From a bacterium (GTDB taxonomy: Bacteria; SZUA-182; DTGQ01; JAFGSM01), in NCBI GenBank assembly GCA_049472355.1, contig JBLIRP010000006.1:1-13716 (forward strand): a stretch of DNA of 13,716 bases, given 5' to 3'. Position 1 is the first letter of the stretch; every line of letters begins with the position of its first letter. The notes beneath the pieces were generated by a model. That model was not told the origin of the DNA. It worked only from the letters and a program-made list of their open reading frames with translations, and did not search any database. A program made the translations under genes and the position numbers. This document shows positions 1 through 6,652 of the stretch, one piece after another.

Positions 1-473
1 CCTTCGATGACGCATACGAACTGGCCGGGAAATTTCTCCAGCGCCTCCTCAAGACAGGCCTCTGCCTGATGCCCTGCAGCGGCCATCAATGTCTCGTGGT
101 ATTCGATGGAGAGGGTTTCCAGGATGAGTTCATCGATATTGGGGTAGGAGCTTCTCAGGACCGCCTCGGTGCAGCCCGTGCATTCGGAAAAGTTCAGCCA
201 CACCACAGGGATGCGGTTTGTCATTTCAGCCGCCTTGGCCACCCGGGAATCGAAGATCGGCGGCAGCATCAGTACCGTGGTCATGATGGATGACCATTTC
301 AAAAAGTCACGACGGCTCACTCCCCGGGATTCGAGTGTCTCGTTCCACCCCTCATTCGCCGGGGGCAGTTCACCATCCATTCGCGCAAGGTTCTCGTCGC
401 ACTTCTTCATCAAAGCATCGTAATACGCCCTGTTCTTTCCGTCCCGGCCTGACAGGATGTCCTTTAGCGCCAT
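1..473 (-). CDS. hydA: [NiFe]-hydrogenase small subunit, group 1 periplasmic uptake type; N-terminal ~157 aa, runs off the window edge
   Basis: Manual translation from ATG 473 (SD AGGAGG at 486-481): MALKDILSG...RGVSRRDFLKWSSIMTTVLMLPP...AKAAEMTNRIPVVWLNFSECTGCTEAVLRS...IEYHETLMAAAGHQAE...VIEG. Tat motif SRRDFLK, proximal-cluster CxxC (ECTGC), YHETLMAAAG motif. Symbol varies by lineage (hydA/hynB/hyaA). Confidence 0.95.
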   Translation of the reverse strand, partial: MALKDILSGRDGKNRAYYDALMKKCDENLARMDGELPPANEGWNETLESRGVSRRDFLKWSSIMTTVLMLPPIFDSRVAKAAEMTNRIPVVWLNFSECTGCTEAVLRSSYPNIDELILETLSIEYHETLMAAAGHQAEACLEEALEKFPGQFVCVIE

Positions 474-579
474 AATGTTTCCTCCTTAACTGGGTGATGA
501 TAAGGATTGTGTATTAAAGACCGTGTGTTGAAGCTGTTTAAAGACGTCCATGAAGTGGTAAACTACAACACCTAAATGA

Positions 580-627
580 TTTTTATATAACACTGTTATA
601 CAAAAAATCCTTCCCTTATTGTATAAC
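580..627. promoter_or_regulatory. Palindromic candidate operator upstream of the hydrogenase gene
   Basis: TTTTT-A-TATAACA-C-TGTTATA-C-AAAAA (580-606, perfect 7-1-7 core), overlapped by a 9-bp inverted repeat GTTATACAA (595-603) / TTGTATAAC (619-627). Confidence 0.45.
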
Positions 628-721
628 TGCTTGATAAAGCGATGATTATATGGAAAAGATCCAGCCCTTCCATCGCAAGGCTTGGATGCCGGAGGAAATG
701 AAAGCTCGTTTTATTCGGACA

Positions 722-749
722 AGTATACCATAGTTCAATTCCAAGTCAA
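722..749 (-). promoter_or_regulatory. sigma70-type promoter facing the hydrogenase gene
   Basis: Minus strand TTGACT (749-744), 16 nt, TATACT (727-722), with an extended -10 TGn. Confidence 0.65.
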
Positions 750-791
750 CACCCAAGAATCAAGATCGATTTAAATCACACCGATTTTTTT

Positions 792-865
792 CCTATTTCA
801 GCCATAAAAAGATAGTAAAAACACACATTTTTTCCCCTATTTCAGGTATAAAAAGATGGTAAAAA
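792..865. repeat. Tandem direct repeat, two 30-bp copies, 44-bp period
   Basis: CCTATTTCAGccATAAAAAGATaGTAAAAA (792-821) and CCTATTTCAGgtATAAAAAGATgGTAAAAA (836-865), 27/30 identical, each preceded by a T-run. Confidence 0.85.
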
Positions 866-904
866 AACCATAAAATATACCTAAATCATGCTACTTATTC
901 ATAC

Positions 905-1140
905 TCAGGGCATGGAATGCCCTTTCAAAGCTGATCCCTTCTCCGCTTCGATTCCTGTGGCATCGATATCAAGGGGATATCCCTTTAACTCATCTCCTTT
1001 CATCCCCTTCTTTATAAAGGCCTTCTTAGCGTCCTTACGATCAGTAGCCCCACCGTTTCAATTCTCCTGAGCCAGTCTCCTACAGCATCCTCTGAGGATA
1101 TCTTCACTATTTTTAAAACCTCGTCTTGCTGCAGTGTTTT
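905..1140 (-). pseudogene. Frameshifted, truncated IS1380-family-like transposase fragment
   Basis: One minus frame reads ...VKISSEDAVGDWLRRIETVGLL; after a frameshift near 1045 another reads ...IKKGMKGDELKGYPLDIDATGIEAEKGSA, stop at 907-905. The pair 'D-A-x-G-D-W-L-R-R' then 'Y-x-L-D-I-D-A-T-x-I-x-A-E-K' matches my recollection of IS1380-type DDE transposases around the first catalytic Asp. Boundaries approximate. Confidence 0.7.
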
Positions 1141-1302
1141 GGGATTAAAATAAAGTGCGACAGGGCCAATGGCTGAGACGGTGAATATCCGGATGAATGA
1201 ATCTTTCACCGCTTCCGATGTAATTACTATATCCTTATAACTTGCAAAAACGGTCTCCACCACACCACGGGATCCGTGATCCTGCATATATGAGGAACCA
1301 TA

Positions 1303-3321
1303 ATGGACAGGGTTAAACAATATCTGATCGAGAATTTCGAACAGTTTTTCGTCCTGCTTTTGCTGGTCAGCGTCGCCGCATTGAATTACTTCATCCCGTA
1401 TAAGCTTGCCTTTTTGAACTTCTATTTCATCCCGATACTTCTTGCAGGGTACTATCTCAACTCCAAGAAAACCATGCTCGGATCGGTGTTCTGCATCCTT
1501 CTGGTGATCATCTATGCGTATCTTTATCCAGCCTCATTTGCCATCAAGAGCACATTTCTTGATCTTTCGATGTTCATCATCGTCTGGGGGAGTTTCCTGA
1601 TCCTGACCGGCGCCATCGTGGGAAGGATTCAGGACCGGCTGCGCCAGGAGATAACATACAAGGCGAAGCTTATCCAGGACCTTGCGGACAACAGGGTCGC
1701 CCTGGATCAGGTGACCCACCAGCTTCATGAAAACACGGAGCTGTTTGAACAGAAGGTGCAGGAGCGGACCGAACACCTTGAAAAGGCCAAGGTGGCGGTG
1801 GAGAACCTCAAGGAGATGGTCGAGGAAACACTCTACAACACCATGGATCCTTCGGTGGTAAAGCTGATCATCGAAAAGCGTCTGCGCACCGAAAAGCGGA
1901 CCCTGAGCATCATGTTCTCGGACCTGGAAAAATTCACCCATTACTCGGAAGACCACAAGCCCGAGATCGTCATCACGGAATTGAACAAATTCCTGGGGGA
2001 TATGGAGAGCATCCTTCTCAGTTACGGGGCGCACATCGATAAGTATATCGGTGACGGCATCATGGCGGAATTCGGCGCCCCTATAGGAAACGAGCGCCAC
2101 GCGCTCATGGCGGTTGTGGCCGGTCTCAAGATGCAGGAGAGAATCAGAAAAAGCAGCTATCCCTGGAAGATGAGGATCGGGATCTCCACCGGGGAGCTCA
2201 TCATCGGCTTGATCGGGCGCAAGCGCCAAACCTACACCGCCCTCGGCGATGTGGTAAACCTCGCCAATCGAATCCAGGAGATATGCGATCCGGGTACGGT
2301 CACCATTGACGAGGCAACCTTTGAGAACATAAAGCTGTTTGTGGACGCGAATCGAAAGACGGTCCAGTCCCTCACCACCATCAAGGACCCCGAGCTTGTC
2401 AAGGAGATCAACGCGTGCACGAGACAGCTCGATCAGAGTCCCGACGATGTGGACATAATGAAGAAGATCGGCATACTGCTTATGCGGGGCAAGGATTATG
2501 TCCTCGCCCATGACTACATTAGACGTGCCCTTGAGCTCGATCCCAATGATGATCATATAAAAGTGGCCTATGCGGAAAATTCCCTCAAGCTTGAAGAATC
2601 CCATGATGTTGCCATACGGGGGAAGAAGACAAAGCTTCACCTGTATGAAATCATCGGCATCAAGGATCCTCTGAAGAAAAGGGACAAGATCCCTCAGTCG
2701 CTTTACGACCTTTACAGCGAGCGTGTCTCCAAACAGGTCAAGTATCCCGAGGATCTCATCCTTCCCATCGAGTGCCTGGACGGATGCGTGGGGCATTCCA
2801 GGGTGGTCGGATTTCTCTCCTATGCCATAGCCGACCTGCTGGGTCTTCCGGATCAGGAAAAGAGTGACATCCTGATGGCCGGATACCTTTTCGACATAGG
2901 GAAGATCATCATCCCGCATCACCTGCTGAACCGTCCGGGAACCCTGAACAAGGATGAATACGAGATCGTCACCAAGCATTGCAGGGAAGGGGTCAGGATC
3001 CTCAAAAAGATGGGGTACGTGAATGAGGGGCTCTTTGAGATCATCGAGTCCCACCATGAGAAATATGACGGCTCAGGCTATCCCAACGGGGTCTCCGGTG
3101 ATGCCATTCCTTTGGGCGCCCGCATACTGGCGGTTGCAGATGCCTATGATGCGATGACCTCCTGGAGGCCGAACCGCAACAGTTGGGACTACCTCGCTGC
3201 GTTTGCGGAGCTGGAGAGCGAAACCGCACGGGGAAAATTCGATCCGAAGATCATGGAATGCCTGGGTAAACTGCTCGAAATCGAAAAGAGAAGGGCCCCC
3301 CTCGTGGGCATGAGGGATTAG
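1303..3321 (+). CDS. Membrane-anchored class III adenylate cyclase with TPR insert and C-terminal HD-GYP-like domain (672 aa)
   Basis: About 4 N-terminal TM helices and a coiled coil. Cyclase motifs MFSDLEKFT, DKYIGDGIMAEFGAP, RIGISTG, YTALGDVVNLANR, IRGK. TPR-like RRALELDPND. HD-GYP motifs GHSRVV, FDIGK, HHEKYDGSGYP, ADAYDAMTS. GAGGA upstream of ATG. Confidence 0.93.
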   Translation: MDRVKQYLIENFEQFFVLLLLVSVAALNYFIPYKLAFLNFYFIPILLAGYYLNSKKTMLGSVFCILLVIIYAYLYPASFAIKSTFLDLSMFIIVWGSFLILTGAIVGRIQDRLRQEITYKAKLIQDLADNRVALDQVTHQLHENTELFEQKVQERTEHLEKAKVAVENLKEMVEETLYNTMDPSVVKLIIEKRLRTEKRTLSIMFSDLEKFTHYSEDHKPEIVITELNKFLGDMESILLSYGAHIDKYIGDGIMAEFGAPIGNERHALMAVVAGLKMQERIRKSSYPWKMRIGISTGELIIGLIGRKRQTYTALGDVVNLANRIQEICDPGTVTIDEATFENIKLFVDANRKTVQSLTTIKDPELVKEINACTRQLDQSPDDVDIMKKIGILLMRGKDYVLAHDYIRRALELDPNDDHIKVAYAENSLKLEESHDVAIRGKKTKLHLYEIIGIKDPLKKRDKIPQSLYDLYSERVSKQVKYPEDLILPIECLDGCVGHSRVVGFLSYAIADLLGLPDQEKSDILMAGYLFDIGKIIIPHHLLNRPGTLNKDEYEIVTKHCREGVRILKKMGYVNEGLFEIIESHHEKYDGSGYPNGVSGDAIPLGARILAVADAYDAMTSWRPNRNSWDYLAAFAELESETARGKFDPKIMECLGKLLEIEKRRAPLVGMRD

Positions 3322-3330
3322 TCTTTTCGG

Positions 3331-4260
3331 TCAGATCTTCGCAAACAGCTCGGTGCTGATATACCGTTCTCCGGTGCTCGGCAGGACCACCACGATCATT
3401 TTCCCCTTATTCTCCCGCCGGCGTGCCACCCTAAGGGCCGCAGCCACCGCAGCTCCGGAGGAGATGCCCCCCATAATCCCCTCCCGTTTGGCGAGGTCCC
3501 TCCCCATTTCAAATGCCTCATCATTGCCGACGGTTATTACCTCATCGATGATCGTGCGGTTGAGCACCGCGGGGATGAAACCCGCGCCGATGCCCTGTAT
3601 CTTATGGGGGCCCGGTATTCCTCCGGAGAGCACCGCAGAGTCCTCCGGTTCCACTGCGATGGCCTTGAACGAGGGCTTGCGTGCCTTGATCACCTCCGCC
3701 ACGCCGGTGATGGTCCCCCCTGTGCCGACACCCGCAACGAACAGGTCGATCTCTCCCCCGGTGTCCCGCCAGATTTCCTCTGCCGTGGTTCGTCGATGGA
3801 TTTCGGGATTCGCAGGATTCGTGAACTGGTTGAGCATGATGACATCTGGCCCTTGGGCCAGTATTGTGCCTGCCATGTCCAATGCCCCCCTCATTCCACT
3901 TTCCCCCGGTGTCAGGATCAATTCGGCACCCAGGTGGGTAAGGAGCTTTCGCCTTTCCATGCTCATGGTCTCGGGCATGGTCAATGCCAGCCGATATCCC
4001 TTGGCCGCACAGACAAATGCAAGGCCGATCCCGGTGTTCCCGCTGGTTGGCTCTATGATCAGGGTGTTATCACGGATCAATCCCTGTTCCTCGGCAGCCT
4101 GAATCATGGATACCGCAATACGGTCCTTGACGCTTCCCAGGGGATTCTTGAATTCCAGCTTGGCGAGAACAATCCCGGGAAGCCCGCCGCAGATCCGATT
4201 GAGCCTCACCAGAGGGGTGTTTCCAACTGTCTTGGTAATATCAGAAAATATGCGGTGAAT
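3331..4260 (-). CDS. cysK: Cysteine synthase A (O-acetylserine sulfhydrylase)
   Basis: PLP lysine motif [42 protein letters not shown]. Homology extends upstream of the ORF-track GTG (4209) through [19 protein letters not shown] to an ATT at 4260; start uncertain. Confidence 0.95.
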   Translation of the reverse strand: MHRIFSDITKTVGNTPLVRLNRICGGLPGIVLAKLEFKNPLGSVKDRIAVSMIQAAEEQGLIRDNTLIIEPTSGNTGIGLAFVCAAKGYRLALTMPETMSMERRKLLTHLGAELILTPGESGMRGALDMAGTILAQGPDVIMLNQFTNPANPEIHRRTTAEEIWRDTGGEIDLFVAGVGTGGTITGVAEVIKARKPSFKAIAVEPEDSAVLSGGIPGPHKIQGIGAGFIPAVLNRTIIDEVITVGNDEAFEMGRDLAKREGIMGGISSGAAVAAALRVARRRENKGKMIVVVLPSTGERYISTELFAKI

Positions 4261-4272
4261 GATAGGGCCTTT

Positions 4273-5247
4273 CTATGGTGCGGTTGAAGATTGTGTTCGG
4301 GTTGCCCCTTTGTAAATCAGCTCCGGCTTTTTCAGGAATACCTTCGTATCGGGCGGTACGGATTCGGTGATCCACACATTGCCGCCGATCACCGAACGGG
4401 CCCCGATGCGCGTATTGCCCAGAATGGTCGCACCTGAATACACGATCACGTCATCCTCGATAGTCGGATGGCGTTTTTCGTTTCTGAGGCGTTCCACCTC
4501 CTCCTTGGACACGGAGAGGGCGCCGAGGGTAACCCCTTGATAGAGCCTCACCCGGTTTCCGATTTCGGTTGTCTCCCCTACCACCACCCCTGTGCCGTGA
4601 TCGATGAAAAAACTCTCCTTGATGGCGGCACCGGGATGGATATCGATGCCGGTCTCGCTGTGCGCATGTTCGGTCATAATCCGGGGAAGCATGGGCACGC
4701 CCTTCTTGAAGAGCGTATGGGCGATACGATAGATGGTGATGGCATAGAGTCCCGGGTAGCTGAAGATGATCTCGTCGTAACTCTTGGCAGCGGGATCGCC
4801 TTCATATGCAGCCCGGACATCCTTTGCCAACATACCCCTCAGGTGTGGAAGCTGTTCCAAAAACCAGATGGCCACGGCGTGGCCCTCCTGCTCACATGCG
4901 ACAGCCGGGGTGTTATGGCGTATGCATTCGTGCCTGAGTGCAAGGGCGATCTGTTCCGAAAGCGCCTCATACAGGGCGGTGGTTTCTTCCCCCAGATAGT
5001 ATCCGAGATTCACCTCGTCCAACCGGAATTTTATAAAATATCCGGGGTAGAGGAGCTGTCGTATTCGGCGGATAATGTCAATAACCGCATCCCGGGATGG
5101 GATGGGATCGGGACCTACGTGATCGAAATGCCCCTTTTGGTTGCAGGTACGGATTAATGAATCGACAACCTTCGGTATCGCTGTTCGGATGTTCCGGCTT
5201 CCTTTACTCGAATGTCCGGTTCTATCCTGTGTTGGTTTCCGTCCCAT
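4273..5247 (-). CDS. cysE: Serine O-acetyltransferase (324 aa from ATG 5247)
   Basis: AYEGDPAA, YPGLYAITIYRIAH, TGIDIHPGA, FFIDHGTGVVVGET, YQGVTLG, KRHPTIED (left-handed beta-helix acetyltransferase). ATG 5247 has SD AAGGAG at 5263-5258 and a promoter just upstream. Confidence 0.93.
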   Translation of the reverse strand: MGRKPTQDRTGHSSKGSRNIRTAIPKVVDSLIRTCNQKGHFDHVGPDPIPSRDAVIDIIRRIRQLLYPGYFIKFRLDEVNLGYYLGEETTALYEALSEQIALALRHECIRHNTPAVACEQEGHAVAIWFLEQLPHLRGMLAKDVRAAYEGDPAAKSYDEIIFSYPGLYAITIYRIAHTLFKKGVPMLPRIMTEHAHSETGIDIHPGAAIKESFFIDHGTGVVVGETTEIGNRVRLYQGVTLGALSVSKEEVERLRNEKRHPTIEDDVIVYSGATILGNTRIGARSVIGGNVWITESVPPDTKVFLKKPELIYKGATRTQSSTAP

Positions 5248-5269
5248 GGAGGGTGCTCTCCTTGCATGA

Positions 5270-5298
5270 AGTATACCTTGCAAGAAAAGGCCTGTCAA
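5270..5298 (-). promoter_or_regulatory. sigma70-type promoter of cysE-cysK
   Basis: Minus strand TTGACA (5298-5293), 17 nt, TATACT (5275-5270). Predicted start site near 5263, at the SD. Confidence 0.8.
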
Positions 5299-5353
5299 AA
5301 TCAGTACATCGGGATGTGCAAAAAATGATGAATGCCCGGGAATGAGCGCCAGA

Positions 5354-5387
5354 CGGGGACGTGCTGCATTCACGCCGCACGTCCCCG
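5354..5387 (-). terminator. GC-rich stem-loop after the cold-shock gene; terminator-like but no U-tract
   Basis: Perfect 11-bp stem CGGGGACGTGC (5354-5364) / GCACGTCCCCG (5377-5387), 15 nt after the csp stop. Confidence 0.55.
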
Positions 5388-5402
5388 GATCTTACATGGC
5401 TT

Positions 5403-5615
5403 CTAAGGCAAGATTGTTACATCCTGGGCCTGGGGGCCCTTTTTGCCCTGAGATATGGTGAACTCAACCCGCTGATTTTCCTGCAAGGTACGGTAGCCCT
5501 TGCCGGTGATGCCCGTATAATGAACAAATACATCAGGCCCCTTATCGCGGGATATAAATCCGTATCCCTTCTCAGAGTTGAACCACTTAACAATGCCGAT
5601 TTCACGCTCTGCCAA
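5403..5615 (-). CDS. csp: Cold-shock domain protein, CspA family (70 aa, TTG start)
   Basis: [21 protein letters not shown] (RNP1), DVFVHY (RNP2), [29 protein letters not shown] about 8 nt before TTG 5615. Confidence 0.96.
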   Translation of the reverse strand: MAEREIGIVKWFNSEKGYGFISRDKGPDVFVHYTGITGKGYRTLQENQRVEFTISQGKKGPQAQDVTILP

Positions 5616-6121
5616 AATAAACACCCCCTTTCTGTTCAAGATTTATTTCGACAGAGCGTTCAAAACTAGCTTCAGAGCATTTCTTTGGTGAAAACTGTCT
5701 GTCTTGCTATTTAAACGACTGTCTTTAAGAAAATCTTGAAAAATATCTCCTGTCTGGCGCTAAGCTCTATGCTCCATGATTGATTAATTACCTGTTACTG
5801 TTCGATTGCCAGTTATGCAAAAAACGGGCCAAAAAAGCAGTCATTATATGTATCTCATCATGGAGATGTCCAGGATTGTTTCATGTGTTCCCAATGCACT
5901 CATATGTATCGGTTGGATCGTATATCGCAGGATTGGTCCTTGCAGATAGAGACTTTTCGGATGGGAGATTGAAATAAGAAGTTACATAAGAGGCTATTCC
6001 TTTTTTGATTTATATTATAAAAATGTTGGAAGTGAATGGCTTCCAGCTTAAAACAAATGTTCAGGGTGTGTAATGTGATTCGCTGCTCATTATAAAGAGG
6101 AATAACCAAGGTTCTTATTAA

Positions 6122-6150
6122 ATTTTATTAAACTACCTCTTTCTTGTCAA
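6122..6150 (-). promoter_or_regulatory. sigma70-type promoter pointing toward csp, about 500 nt upstream of it
   Basis: Minus strand TTGACA (6150-6145), 17 nt, TAAAAT (6127-6122). Confidence 0.6.
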
Positions 6151-6652
6151 ATATAGTTGATAGCAATTCATATTTCAGCATTGCTTCGTTATAAGATGGC
6201 ATGTCTTATCATGCTCCCATAGCAAAGGGCATGATTGAAGCTGCTGATACCGAAATTTAAATTGGCCGTCCTTTTCTTCTCTGCTGAATTCGTCATCTTC
6301 AGCCATCTCCTGAGATCCGGCATTCACCCTTTTCCCCGGATTGTGTTCGAGTTTTCCATATGATCATTCATAGCCCCAAGGACGGCATCTGTCCCATATT
6401 GTAATGAGCAATAACGATGTCGTAAAAAGTATGACCTTTGAGTAATGAAAATAATCATCCCAATCACCGATAGAATAATAGGAGTCCTATCATTATCCAT
6501 TACAGGGGATTATGAGCGATCATGGATGCCAATGGTGCATGTATGAAAACCAGCACCGGATTGTGCATGCTTTTTTCACAGTGCATACAGGATATGTGAT
6601 GATGGAATGAAATGTCCGGGTGTTTGAACCGATACGTCAAAAAAGGGTATGG

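Noticed and set aside
69..475. Three short plus-strand ORFs (69..293, 169..423, 290..475)
   Set aside because: Antisense shadows of the hydrogenase small-subunit gene.
659..692. Weak hairpin and a possible sigma54 promoter (minus strand CGGCATCCAAGCCTTGC)
   Set aside because: The stem has mismatches, and GG-to-GC spacing is 12 nt rather than the required 10.
792..865. 30-bp repeat pair as a CRISPR array
   Set aside because: Only two copies, a 14-bp gap and no cas genes.
888..1320. ORFs 888..1070 (+) and 1012..1320 (-) as genuine genes
   Set aside because: The minus ORF is partly the transposase relic and overlaps the cyclase start; the plus ORF is its antisense.
1534..3057. 507-aa minus-strand ORF and the other long antisense ORFs (e.g. 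3353..4102, 4468..5157, 8895..9587)
   Set aside because: They lie wholly opposite well-supported genes, show no motifs, and are expected from codon bias.
5248..5373. N-terminal extension of cysE in the ORF track
   Set aside because: Contains the cysE promoter and part of the csp hairpin; ATG 5247 has the SD.
5900..6109. 69-aa ORF starting VIPLYNE, reminiscent of a GT2 glycosyltransferase N-terminus
   Set aside because: Similarity is limited to 7 residues, no DxD motif follows, and there is no SD.
6170..6500. Short minus-strand ORFs of about 44-60 aa and partial sigma54- or riboswitch-like strings
   Set aside because: No recognisable protein motif, no correct -24/-12 consensus and no c-di-GMP riboswitch core.
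6622..6650. GTTT...GGGTAT as a sigmaB/SigF-type promoter
   Set aside because: The 19-nt spacer is too long, and GGGTAT overlaps the likely SD.
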